Shown here: positions 18,618-27,962 of the stretch, piece by piece
Numbering within the stretch: position 1 is the stretch's first letter
Layout of the letters: every line of letters starts with the position of its first letter
Program-made: the position numbers and the translations under genes
NCBI GenBank assembly: GCA_022449765.1
Contig: JAKUPZ010000005.1
Location: 2,285-66,284, forward strand
Source: Dehalococcoidia bacterium
Lineage (GTDB): Bacteria > Chloroflexota > Dehalococcoidia > Lucifugimonadales > Australimonadaceae
DNA: 64,000 bases
Direction: 5' to 3'
The notes under the pieces: model-generated
What the model saw: the letters and a program-made list of their open reading frames with translations, nothing else
What the model was told of the DNA's origin: nothing
Databases searched by the model: none

Positions 18618-19543
18618 TAATATTCCTCTCTGAATCTTCGAACCAAGAAATGACCGGCGACATTCATTCCTAAAGTCATAAAGAAGAGCAGCAAGCCAAC
18701 CGCAAATATTGTGTTGTACTCCAAAGAGCCATGCGGGGCCTCACCCAGCGCAAGTTGGACAATATATGCAGTCATTGCCTGAATGCTTTCTAACGGATTA
18801 AAAGTAAATCTAGGCGTAGCCCCTGCAGCAATAGTAACGAGCATGGTTTCACCTATAGCACGAGAAAAGCCGAGTATAAATGAAGCAACAATACCCGAAA
18901 AAGCTGCAGGAACAACCACTTTTCTCGCAACTTCCAATCTCGTAGCTCCTAATGCATAGGCCGCATACCTTAGAGACCTTGGAACCGCCATCATTGCGTC
19001 CTCACTAAGCGAAGAAACCATAGGAATTATCATTAACCCCATCACTAATCCAGCACTTAATGCATTAAAAACCAATAAATCTTCTTGGAATATTTTTAGT
19101 GGGATTTTTTGTAATTGCGGAGTTACAAAAGTCAGGGCGAAGTAGCCATAAACTACTGTAGGAATACCCGCTAAGACTTCAAGTACTGGTTTAATAGTTT
19201 TTCGTACTTTGTCATGTGCGTATTCAGCTAAAAATATTGCTATTGCCAATCCAATAGGAATAGCTACTGCAGCAGCAATAGTAGCTACAAGTATTGTGCC
19301 TCCTACCAGAGGGAGGACGCCATAATGCCTGTTGCCTTCTGCATCTTTCAGTATTGGGGACCAGTTAGTTCCGAAAAGAAAATCCCAAATAGGTACTTCC
19401 CTAAAGAAACCGAATGCCTGAGAAAGCAGGCTAATTACAATTCCAAATGTAGTCACAATCGAAAGGACTGCACAAGCTGCGAATAGCCAATACGCAAGGC
19501 TCCCTACAAAAGAGCCTTTTCGCCTATTTTGCGTTAACTTCAA
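18617..19543 (-). CDS. pstC: Phosphate ABC transporter permease PstC
   Basis: Polytopic permease with ..RYAAYALGATRLE... TTG start. 1-nt overlap with pstA. Confidence 0.85.
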   Translation of the reverse strand: MKLTQNRRKGSFVGSLAYWLFAACAVLSIVTTFGIVISLLSQAFGFFREVPIWDFLFGTNWSPILKDAEGNRHYGVLPLVGGTILVATIAAAVAIPIGLAIAIFLAEYAHDKVRKTIKPVLEVLAGIPTVVYGYFALTFVTPQLQKIPLKIFQEDLLVFNALSAGLVMGLMIIPMVSSLSEDAMMAVPRSLRYAAYALGATRLEVARKVVVPAAFSGIVASFILGFSRAIGETMLVTIAAGATPRFTFNPLESIQAMTAYIVQLALGEAPHGSLEYNTIFAVGLLLFFMTLGMNVAGHFLVRRFREEY

Positions 19544-19725
19544 ATTTGTTCACGCATTCCAATCTGAGCAATTCATAATACTTCTATACGGGATTGTAGT
19601 GTCCAACAGAAGTCATTGCTCGTCTAGTACCTGGAGGCTAAATTTTTCATTACTACATTAACTTCACTACACATATAAGATCTGGCTTGCTAGCAAGGAT
19701 CCACAAGCCTCTCCTCAAGAAAATT

Positions 19726-20694
19726 TTATAAACCTGCCTTTATCTTGTTCTCGGCATAAACATTCTGATCGGAAGCGACGTAGCCTACCTCGTTAGTCAA
19801 TTTAGCCCCTTCATCCAAGTAAAACTCCACAAATTTCTTCATTTCTGGTCGAGCCATGCTTGCCTTGTTGACATATATGTAAAGCGGTCGTGAAAGAGGG
19901 GAATATGAACCATCTTCAATCGATTCGGGTGCTACTTCTACGCAACCTTTCCCGTTGTCTATAGCCAATGCCTTTAGGTTTGCAGCATTGGGCTGGTAAT
20001 AAGCATACCCGAAGTAACCAAGGCCGCCTTTGTCTCCTGAAACGCCCTGCACAAGAACATTGTCATCTGCAGATGCAGTATAGTCAGCCCGAGACATTTG
20101 AGCCTCGCCGTTAACTTCTTCTGTGAAGTAATCAAATGTGCCAGAGTCCGTGTCTGGCCCGTAAAGCCGAAGCTTCTGGTCTGGAAATCCAGCACGAACG
20201 TCTTTCCAATTGTTAATGGTGGAGCCAGGTTTCCATATAGCATTCAGTTCTGTGATTGTTAGGCAATCAACGAAAGAATTGTTCTTATTAACAATAACTG
20301 TAAGCCCGTCAGTACCGAGGCGCATTTCTATATACTCAACATTATTTGCTTTAGCCTCTGCAGCTTCTTTGTCTTTAATTGGTCGCGAAGCATCTGAAAT
20401 ATCGGTCTCACCTACGGTGAATCGCTTAAATCCACCACCAGTACCAGAAACACCGACATTGACCTGCACACCTGGTTGTACCTTGCGGAACTCTTCAGCA
20501 ACTGCCTGGCTCACAGGAAATACGGTCGAAGATCCATCAATTTCAATAGTACCGCTAAGTTGAATTTCATTTCCGGTGTTACCAGTTACAGGCGCTGTGG
20601 TAGTGCCATCAGAACCGCAAGCCACTAAAGCTATTGTTATTGCGGTAACAGTTAAAAGCATGCCACCTGAGGCGCAAAATCGAGCAAAAGTCAT
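19726..20694 (-). CDS. pstS: Phosphate-binding lipoprotein PstS
   Basis: Signal peptide with lipobox LVACGS. ..IDGSSTVFP.. and ..SGTGGGF.. are PstS motifs. Start moved to ATG 20694 (AGGAGA 4 nt upstream). Confidence 0.9.
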   Translation of the reverse strand: MTFARFCASGGMLLTVTAITIALVACGSDGTTTAPVTGNTGNEIQLSGTIEIDGSSTVFPVSQAVAEEFRKVQPGVQVNVGVSGTGGGFKRFTVGETDISDASRPIKDKEAAEAKANNVEYIEMRLGTDGLTVIVNKNNSFVDCLTITELNAIWKPGSTINNWKDVRAGFPDQKLRLYGPDTDSGTFDYFTEEVNGEAQMSRADYTASADDNVLVQGVSGDKGGLGYFGYAYYQPNAANLKALAIDNGKGCVEVAPESIEDGSYSPLSRPLYIYVNKASMARPEMKKFVEFYLDEGAKLTNEVGYVASDQNVYAENKIKAGL

Positions 20695-20917
20695 TGAGTC
20701 TCCTATTTTAAATTTGAGCATCATTCAATAAGGATGATATGCAAAAACGTGAAATTTTAGAAATAAATTAAGTTGGTTGCAAAAAATATTGACCATTTAT
20801 TTCAATGTTAAAATTGTACCGGATAATCAATTTAATTTAGAATAAAAAACACACTCATTTTTCAAAAAGTTTTTGTTCATTCGACCGACACAACTGCTTT
20901 ATAAATCGGGAAAGTTA

Positions 20918-21604
20918 ATGAATTCAATAATAGAAGCAAAAGGTGTAACCAAGGTATATCAAACTGGTGACATCCAAGTTAATGCGTTAAATCATGTAGA
21001 CCTTAGTATAGGAAAAGGTCAAATGGTTGCGGTGATGGGGCCATCAGGTTCAGGTAAAACCACGCTACTTAACATTTTTTCAGGTATCGACGATTTGACT
21101 GAAGGCGAAGTCATCATTGACGGACAACCTATACACTCCATGTCTGACAAAGAAAAAACTCGGTACCGAGCTGAAAATATGGGTTTCGTATTTCAGGCAT
21201 ATAATCTCCTTCCCGTTTTAACTGGCGCAGAAAATGTTGAGCTTCCACTTCTGCTTGCCGGTAAAAAGCCCTCAGTCGCAAGAAAACGAGCCCTGGAGGT
21301 TCTTGATTTAGTTGAGCTCTCCGATCAGGCCAATAAGCGTCCTTCCCAAATGTCAGGTGGTCAGCAGCAACGAATCACAGTTGCACGAGCATTAGTGAAT
21401 AATCCTGCAATTGTATGGGCTGACGAACCAACGGGGGCGCTTGATAGCGAAACAGGAGGGCTTATTATCGATTTGCTTTGCCGACTTAATGAGCAAACAC
21501 AACAGACTTTCGTACTGGTAACACACGATGCAGTAGTAGGATCGAGAGCCCAGAGAATGATATTGATGCGAGATGGTCAAATTGAATCCGATGAAACCAA
21601 ATAA
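20918..21604 (+). CDS. ABC transporter ATP-binding protein (MacB/LolD/FtsE-like)
   Basis: Walker A GPSGSGKTT, signature MSGGQQQR, Walker B VWADEPTGALD. Start moved to ATG 20918 (MNSIIEAKGV..). Confidence 0.9.
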   Translation: MNSIIEAKGVTKVYQTGDIQVNALNHVDLSIGKGQMVAVMGPSGSGKTTLLNIFSGIDDLTEGEVIIDGQPIHSMSDKEKTRYRAENMGFVFQAYNLLPVLTGAENVELPLLLAGKKPSVARKRALEVLDLVELSDQANKRPSQMSGGQQQRITVARALVNNPAIVWADEPTGALDSETGGLIIDLLCRLNEQTQQTFVLVTHDAVVGSRAQRMILMRDGQIESDETK

Positions 21605-21629
21605 CCACAAGGGCCATCAATAACCATTC

Positions 21630-24600
21630 ATGGAAACTTTATTTACTATCCCCATACCTACTTTGACTTATTCATTAAGCGGGGTTTTTTTCCTAGCAAT
21701 GCTTGCAACAGGAGCCTTGGCTCTCAGAAGGCCTGTTGTATTCAAAATGGCTATCCGAAATATACCCCGACGTAAAGCGCAAACCTCGCTAATTGTATTG
21801 GGACTGATGCTCGCGACTTTGCTTTTTTCCGCATCATTTGCAACAGGCGATACTTTAGCCCATTCAATAAGAGTACTAACTCTTGAATATATAGGGCCAG
21901 TAGATGAAATCATTACGTCTACAAACCGAGAGGAATCCGGAGAAGCTTCTTACATAGACGACAGTATTTTCCAGAAGATTCAGGATGCTTCTGCCGATGC
22001 CAAAATTGATGGACTAACACCACTTATATATTTGACTGCGCCTGTTGTTTCGGAAAGAACGCAGCGCAATGAATCAAGAATGGTTATACAAGGGTTTGAT
22101 CCCGCAACACTTACCAATTTCGATAAATATTTTGACTCGCAAGATCAAGAATTGCTCATCGAGGATTTACGAGATGACGAAGTCTATATAAGCAAAGATG
22201 CTGCAAGTAATTTAAAAGTAAATTCAAGTGATTCGCTCTCAATTTACTTCTCAGAAGTACCAACTACTGTAACAATTAAAGGCATCTACGAAGATGGAAG
22301 CAACGCCACAGAGAGCACCTCAACTACCATTTTTCAGTTAAATTCACTTCAGGGAATCTTAAATAAACCTGGGCAGATTAATGCAATATTTGTTTCTAAT
22401 GACGGAGGATTGATTCCTGAAGACGGAACAACCTCAAATGTCGTCCAGGCATTAAATCCTATTGCGGAAAAAGACGGCTTGGCAATTGACGAAATTAAGA
22501 AAGATTCACTGAAAATTGCAGATGAGGCAGGAAGCGGCTTTGCCAGTATTTTCTTGTTATTTGGATCATTCTCAATTATCGCGGGGATATTATTAATTTC
22601 TCTAATTTTTGTGATGTTAGCTGCCGAGCGCAAACGTGAATTAGGTATAGCCAGGGCTATTGGCGCCCAGCGTGATCACATTATTAAATTGTTTACCTTT
22701 GAAGGCGCTGTCTATTCACTTGCGGCAGCAGCCATAGGGAGTGCACTTGGTATCATCGTAGGGCTTGTAATGGTACGCATTCTTGGCTTCGCGTTAAATG
22801 CGCAAGATCAATTCGAATTTGACCTTTACTTTTCTTTCAGCTGGCAAACTGTCATTCTTTCCTACACTCTTGGAATGGTTGTTACCTATTTAGTTGTAAT
22901 TGTTTCAGCTACTAGGGTAAGTGCATTAAATATAGTACGAGCTGTTCGCGACATTCCTGAGCCGAAAAATGAATCAAGCAACTTACGAGGAAAATGGAAA
23001 TATTTTATCGAAGCGTTCCCTCAAATCGTCAAGTCTCTTATTCGGTTAAGGTTACTCACCTCGTTGAGATTATTATTCAATAGTTTTAAATTACTATTAC
23101 TGCTGTTATTTTCACTGTTTCTAACCGGGTATTTAGCAATTCCCCTTGGCCTTTTATTAACTATTACTACCGGGATAGGCCAAGAGCAGCTTTCAGGATT
23201 CCTCATCGGGTTATCACTAATAATTATAGGCGTGCCCTTAGTTTTGAAGCACGCCCTCCGCCTGAATGAGCGAGTGGCATACACTGGCGCAGGTCTTCTA
23301 TTGGTGGTTTTATGGATCGTCCCATGGGACTGGGAATCTTTTGGGTTACCAAATTTCGACGGGGGCATAGAGTTATTTATTCTGTCTGGAGTAATGCTAG
23401 TGATTGGTGCAGTCTGGGCGGTTATTTACAACACGCAAGTACTCGTATATGCATCATCAATCATTGCAAGAGGAAGTTCGCTTTCGCCAATTGCTAAAAC
23501 TGCTACTGCCTACCCTGCAGCTAATCGATTACGAACGGGCATGACCATAGCAATGTTTTCCCTGGTAATTTTTACGCTAATCGTCGTCGGATTCATCAGT
23601 TCTGGATTTAGTTCAGCATTTGAAGATACCCGAAAAGTCAGCGGAGGCTTCGATATCACTGCAAGTACAAGCTTTGTGAATCCAATCAATGATATTAACG
23701 CCGCAATCGACCAGTCCTCATCCCTAAATGCCGATGATTTCACGGTTATAGGTGCAACGGGTGGATTTCCTATTAAAGTTAAACAGGCGGATACGGATCA
23801 GGAACTTACAGAATGGTTTATCACTTCTATTGATGATAATTATGCACGAACTATTTCCTACGATTTCTCAATAAAGTCAGAAACTTACGACAGCTCCAGA
23901 GAAATTTGGAATGCATTAGTTAATGAGGAAAACGTGGTAGTAGTTAATTCCAATCTAATACCCCGTAATGGAGGGGGTCCGTTCGGAGAGGCTCCTGAAT
24001 TTCAGCTTGAAGGAATTCAGGGAGATGATGATGAGTTACCTCAAATTTTTCTCGAAATTTTTGATTCTAATGAAAGTAAAAACCTAAAGCTCAAAGTAAT
24101 AGGCGTGATTGAGGACCAGGCGGTTTTTTCTCGAACAATGATTACTGGTCATCAAACCATTCAGAAGCTTACAGACATCAAGTTGCCGTACTTAAGTTAT
24201 GAATTTGTTCTATCTAATCCCGATAATGCCCTCGAAATTGCCAGCAAATTAGAAGACGCCTTTATTCGCAATGGCCTTACGGCAAATTCATACAAAAAAA
24301 TAATTGACGATGAAAATACTATCAGTGTTGCTTTCAACCGACTTATTCAAGGATTCATGGGCCTTGGCTTAGTCGTAGGAATTGCGGCATTAGGTGTAAT
24401 TGCAGCAAGGTCTGTTGTGGAACGGCGCGTTCAAATCGGCGTACTCCGTGCTATAGGCTTCAGTCGAGGTATGGTGCAGCTTTCGTTTCTTCTAGAGTCG
24501 TCTTTCATTGCGATTCTGGGCATATTGATAGGGCTAGGATTAGGATTTGGCCTTGCTTATGGAATAATCAATGAAATTCAAGAAGGTTTCCAAAGCGTGC

Positions 24601-24734
24601 AATATAAAATTCCTTGGGCTACCGTGATTATTGTTGTTGCAGTCGCATATGGAGCTTCCTTGCTCACCACATTCCTTCCTGCTCGCCAAGCATCGAGAAT
24701 TTATCCAGCTGAAGCCTTAAGACAAGACGAATAA
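21630..24734 (+). CDS. Large ABC transporter permease with two FtsX-type modules
   Basis: 1034 aa. There are two TM clusters, each preceded by a long hydrophilic (extracytoplasmic) segment. C-terminal ..ARQASRIYPAEALRQ.. is typical of the FtsX/MacB family. Confidence 0.8.
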   Translation: METLFTIPIPTLTYSLSGVFFLAMLATGALALRRPVVFKMAIRNIPRRKAQTSLIVLGLMLATLLFSASFATGDTLAHSIRVLTLEYIGPVDEIITSTNREESGEASYIDDSIFQKIQDASADAKIDGLTPLIYLTAPVVSERTQRNESRMVIQGFDPATLTNFDKYFDSQDQELLIEDLRDDEVYISKDAASNLKVNSSDSLSIYFSEVPTTVTIKGIYEDGSNATESTSTTIFQLNSLQGILNKPGQINAIFVSNDGGLIPEDGTTSNVVQALNPIAEKDGLAIDEIKKDSLKIADEAGSGFASIFLLFGSFSIIAGILLISLIFVMLAAERKRELGIARAIGAQRDHIIKLFTFEGAVYSLAAAAIGSALGIIVGLVMVRILGFALNAQDQFEFDLYFSFSWQTVILSYTLGMVVTYLVVIVSATRVSALNIVRAVRDIPEPKNESSNLRGKWKYFIEAFPQIVKSLIRLRLLTSLRLLFNSFKLLLLLLFSLFLTGYLAIPLGLLLTITTGIGQEQLSGFLIGLSLIIIGVPLVLKHALRLNERVAYTGAGLLLVVLWIVPWDWESFGLPNFDGGIELFILSGVMLVIGAVWAVIYNTQVLVYASSIIARGSSLSPIAKTATAYPAANRLRTGMTIAMFSLVIFTLIVVGFISSGFSSAFEDTRKVSGGFDITASTSFVNPINDINAAIDQSSSLNADDFTVIGATGGFPIKVKQADTDQELTEWFITSIDDNYARTISYDFSIKSETYDSSREIWNALVNEENVVVVNSNLIPRNGGGPFGEAPEFQLEGIQGDDDELPQIFLEIFDSNESKNLKLKVIGVIEDQAVFSRTMITGHQTIQKLTDIKLPYLSYEFVLSNPDNALEIASKLEDAFIRNGLTANSYKKIIDDENTISVAFNRLIQGFMGLGLVVGIAALGVIAARSVVERRVQIGVLRAIGFSRGMVQLSFLLESSFIAILGILIGLGLGFGLAYGIINEIQEGFQSVQYKIPWATVIIVVAVAYGASLLTTFLPARQASRIYPAEALRQDE

Positions 24735-24736
24735 TT

Positions 24737-24766
24737 AACAGTGGCACCGAAATCGGTGCCACTGTT
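24737..24766. terminator. Hairpin terminator shared by the FtsX permease (+) and rnpB (-)
   Basis: Perfect 13-bp stem: AACAGTGGCACCG (24737-24749) pairs with CGGTGCCACTGTT (24754-24766), 4-nt loop. On the minus strand it is followed by AATTATT. Confidence 0.65.
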
Positions 24767-25133
24767 GCTAAGGTTGCCTATAAGCCGGATTCTGTTTCCT
24801 ATTGGAAGGTGATCATCTATCTTGCCTTATTGTTACCAATAAGGTCATGCGGCCTACCCGGGAACTCGGAGGGCATCCGATATTCTTTTGAATTGTTCCC
24901 CTATTTGGCCTTGCTCCAGGAGGGGTTTTCCAGCATCTCAACTCACGCTAAGACCTGGTGCGCTCTTACCGCACCGTTTCAACCTTACCTGTGACACGAA
25001 GTCCATCGGCGGATTAGTTTCTGTGGCACTTTCCGTCGCCTTGCAACGCCTGGGTATTACCCAGCTCCCTGCCCTATGGAGTCCGGACTTTCCTCTACGC
25101 AATAAACGCAGCGATCACCCGGCATCCTTAACG
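24766..25133 (-). ncRNA. rnpB: RNase P RNA, bacterial type A
   Basis: The reverse complement contains GAGGAAAGTCCGGACTCC (P4 5' strand), ..GTTGAAACGGTGCGGTAAGAGCGCACC.., ..GGAGCAAGGCCAAATAGGGG.., ..CCCGGGTAGGCCGC.. and ACAGAATCCGGCTTAT (P4 3' strand). P1 pairs TAAGGATGCC (25130-25121) with GGCAACCTTA (24778-24769). The ends are approximate. Confidence 0.9.
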
Positions 25134-25138
25134 TCGAC

Positions 25139-25144
25139 ATTTTA
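25139..25144 (-). promoter_or_regulatory. Candidate -10 box (TAAAAT) for rnpB
   Basis: TAAAAT on the minus strand lies about 7 nt upstream of the inferred rnpB 5' end and 5 nt after the recombinase-like stop codon. No convincing -35 was seen. Confidence 0.3.
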
Positions 25145-25149
25145 CACTC

Positions 25150-26526
25150 TTATGCAAGTACTAATTCTGGAAGGCCATCTAGAACTTTGACCTTATTCAC
25201 GAGTAGTTTGATCAATTCCCTCTTCTGTTGATCATTAAGGGATCCCCATTCATTAAGGAATTTTTGACCATTTGACTTCATGATTGTATCCCTAGAATTT
25301 TCATGTGATGTGGAGTTTATTCGGTCATTGATTACTTTTTTTGCATTACTTAATTGCAGCATCCCGTTACGAAGCTGCGACAAAGTTAAGCTTCCACTAG
25401 CTGCACGCTGTACCCCTTCAATTAAGCGTTTATCTAATGCTTTTAACTGAGTGTGGGAACGAGCTTTTTGATCAGCAACCCATGTGCCTGACTCGTCCGC
25501 AATCCCTTCATCTCCACTCAGTAGTTTCTCATGTAGTATTAAGATAGCTTGTTCCTCTAAAACGTCTGCCTTTACCGTCCGGTAATCACATTGATTACGA
25601 TTAATACGAGACTGACATTGATAGTAGCGATATTCTCGAACTGATCGTTCGCCGTCTTTACGTCTCCAGTTTTGCTTTCTCGTAACTCCCATCATTCGTT
25701 GCTCACAATGAGCGCAAAAAACAATCCCAGACAAAAGATAAGGGGGCGCTTTTGAATTTCCTCTACCATGACTTAATCTCTGCATCTTATCCTGAACATT
25801 ACGGAATTCTTCAGGTGTTACTATCGGTTGATAGCTGCCGGGGATTCTTAGTCCAAACCTGCGGTATGTACCGATGTAAGCTGTGTTTCGCAAGATATCC
25901 CTTATGGTCACCATGCTCCATCTATTTCCGGTCCTAGTACGAATTCCTTCGTCATTCAGTGCAGACGCAATGGTTCGAACTCCGCCATCTGGGGAAGAAA
26001 GGTATTTTTTAAATATTAATTCTATTACTTTTGCCTGTTCTGGAACTAACCGAAAAGAACCATCCGCACCTATTCGGTAGCCGTAGGGAGGTTTACCTAA
26101 GCCCAAACCTTTAGCAGCCTTGGCCTTCATCCCTTCTTTAATTTTTTCACGCCTTAATGCTGCAGCATTGGATCCACGCAGAGCATTTTGTAAAGGATCA
26201 GGAAATTCATTATCGGCACAGATAACCTCACATGAAATCGCATCCAACTCCAGTATTTTTCCTACCTGCTCTTCTAAAGTTTTCCCTAAGTGGCTCGAAC
26301 CAGGAATTACTATTAAATACCCAGCTCGACTTTCATGAATAAACTCAATCATGCGAGACCATGCTGAGTTGGAACCTCCACTACCTGAGTCAATATATAC
26401 CCCATAATCTGAATGCTGATTAGAGTGGCAATAGGAAAGATAGGAACGCTTCAGGTCTTCAGACGAATTAGCATGGACTGCCTTGCTGTGAGTGGAGTCT
26501 AAATTGAAATAGCCTAATGAACGCAT
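25150..26526 (-). CDS. Large serine recombinase family protein with substituted catalytic residues (probable pseudo-recombinase)
   Basis: The recombinase domain (GKPPYGYR.., NRWSMVTIRDILRNTAYIGTY), zinc ribbon (FCAHCEQRM..YYQCQSR) and C-terminal coiled coil are all present. In the resolvase-like N-domain, YFNLDS replaces YxRVST and SSHLGK replaces DRLSR. Confidence 0.75.
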   Translation of the reverse strand: MRSLGYFNLDSTHSKAVHANSSEDLKRSYLSYCHSNQHSDYGVYIDSGSGGSNSAWSRMIEFIHESRAGYLIVIPGSSHLGKTLEEQVGKILELDAISCEVICADNEFPDPLQNALRGSNAAALRREKIKEGMKAKAAKGLGLGKPPYGYRIGADGSFRLVPEQAKVIELIFKKYLSSPDGGVRTIASALNDEGIRTRTGNRWSMVTIRDILRNTAYIGTYRRFGLRIPGSYQPIVTPEEFRNVQDKMQRLSHGRGNSKAPPYLLSGIVFCAHCEQRMMGVTRKQNWRRKDGERSVREYRYYQCQSRINRNQCDYRTVKADVLEEQAILILHEKLLSGDEGIADESGTWVADQKARSHTQLKALDKRLIEGVQRAASGSLTLSQLRNGMLQLSNAKKVINDRINSTSHENSRDTIMKSNGQKFLNEWGSLNDQQKRELIKLLVNKVKVLDGLPELVLA

Positions 26527-26532
26527 AATAGA

Positions 26533-27231
26533 TCAACTAACCAATATTCTTCCGCAATTGGGGCATTTTTGTATCAGTAATGATGCCCGTACCTCTTGCT
26601 GTAATTTCATTGGTAACCCTACTTTGCAAAAATTGCATAAGCCGTTTTCCATTTTTGCTACTGGAGTGTCTGGGCGTAGCCGCCGAACCTGCTCATATAA
26701 ATTAATCTCGATGCTTGGAATAGCGGTGGAAACAGAGTTACGTAAAGATTGTTCTTTCGAAACATCATCTTCGATGGTTGCTTTTTCAGACAAAAGTGCT
26801 GTCTGCTTTTCATTCCATTCTGTTTCTATAAATTTTAATTTCTTCCCGTACGTATCATTTGAATTTTGAAGGCTATCAATTTCTTCAAGTATCACTAAAA
26901 GTGAATTTTCTGCATCGTTCTGATGCCCCTTAAGCATCGTAATTTCTGCCTGTAAGTCTTGTAATTCCCTCGAGTTAACTACCGTACCACTGTATAGCTT
27001 TTTCTCAGTTTGAGTAACTTTCAGGGATACTCCATCAACGACTGCATCAATATCAATTTGTTCTGATTTTTTTTGAGAAATTTTTTCTTGAAGTTCTAGG
27101 ATTCTTTGCTTTAACGCTCGTATTATCCTGTCGTCACCCAACAAAACGCTTATATCTTGCAGTCGATTCGTATGGTTATCGATTTGCATATCGATTGCCT
27201 GCAATTCTAATAACTGACGTACTGAGATCAT
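26533..27231 (-). CDS. COG1579/DUF164-type coiled-coil protein with C-terminal C4 zinc ribbon
   Basis: Long heptad-rich region, then ..CNFCKVGLP..CPNCGRILV. Start moved to ATG 27231 (GGAAGGG upstream). The stop lies 6 nt before the recombinase-like ATG. Confidence 0.7.
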   Translation of the reverse strand: MISVRQLLELQAIDMQIDNHTNRLQDISVLLGDDRIIRALKQRILELQEKISQKKSEQIDIDAVVDGVSLKVTQTEKKLYSGTVVNSRELQDLQAEITMLKGHQNDAENSLLVILEEIDSLQNSNDTYGKKLKFIETEWNEKQTALLSEKATIEDDVSKEQSLRNSVSTAIPSIEINLYEQVRRLRPDTPVAKMENGLCNFCKVGLPMKLQQEVRASLLIQKCPNCGRILVS

Positions 27232-27293
27232 TTTATCCCTTCCCACTGGGGACCGATTCTACGAACCGAAACCTAAGCAGTCAATAAAAGAAA

Positions 27294-27962
27294 TTAACTC
27301 CATGTCCATTCAATTGCTAATTCTTCACCTAACTTCAAAGCAAAATTATGAGCGACATCAATGATACTAGGAGTAGCATTGAATTCATTCATGGATGTAG
27401 TTCGGCCGTTCTCTATGCCACAAGCGATAATGGGGGCATACGCATCTAGGCTCGTAGTTATATTCAAAGCGAAACCATGAGTCGTGATTCCGTTTGCAAT
27501 TTTGATTCCAATTGCAGCTATTTTCCCTTTGGTAGTCCAAACGCCTGTTAATTTCTCATGCCGAAAAGCTTCAATGCCATAATCAATTAGCGTATTTATC
27601 AAAGTAGTCTCTAAAACGTATACGTAACGCCTAGGTCCTAAATTCAATCGTTTTAAATCAATAATCGGATACCCCGTTAACTGACCTGGACCATGGTAGG
27701 TAATAAGACCACCGCGATCTGTCTCAATCAATGGAGCACCTAGTTCAGCTAAAATATGGTCATGATTAACCCTCCTCCCCGTTGTGTAAACTGGAGAGTG
27801 GGCCAAAAAAATTAAAGTGTCTTTGATTAACTGTTTACTACGCTTTGCGTGTAATTCCTGTTGAAAATCCCAAGCGGCAATATAATCAATATCTTCCCCA
27901 AGCCATTGGGCGTCACCTTGGAAAATTACATTATTTTCGAGCATATCCACTTGATATATCAA
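27294..27962 (-). CDS. lipB: Lipoyl(octanoyl) transferase
   Basis: ..TGRR.., ..DRGGLITYHGPGQL.. and ..KIAAIGIK.. (catalytic Lys/Cys region) are typical of LipB. Overlaps the upstream gene by 4 nt. Confidence 0.85.
   Translation of the reverse strand: MIYQVDMLENNVIFQGDAQWLGEDIDYIAAWDFQQELHAKRSKQLIKDTLIFLAHSPVYTTGRRVNHDHILAELGAPLIETDRGGLITYHGPGQLTGYPIIDLKRLNLGPRRYVYVLETTLINTLIDYGIEAFRHEKLTGVWTTKGKIAAIGIKIANGITTHGFALNITTSLDAYAPIIACGIENGRTTSMNEFNATPSIIDVAHNFALKLGEELAIEWTWS

Noticed and set aside
20725-20917. Pho box upstream of pstS
   Set aside because: I could not find E. coli- or Bacillus-type PhoB/PhoP repeat motifs by eye, and the region is simply AT-rich. No call was made.
24809-25190. ORF-track ORFs 24809-24994 (+) and 24888-25190 (+)
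   Set aside because: They lie entirely over the RNase P RNA gene on the opposite strand, have no SD, and give low-complexity translations. They are artefacts of the structured RNA.
25150-26526. Serine recombinase as marker of an integrated mobile element or prophage
   Set aside because: There are no phage, transposon or cargo genes on either side, and I noticed no direct or inverted repeats flanking it. The catalytic Ser/Arg positions appear substituted. It is treated as a domesticated homologue and not annotated as a mobile element.
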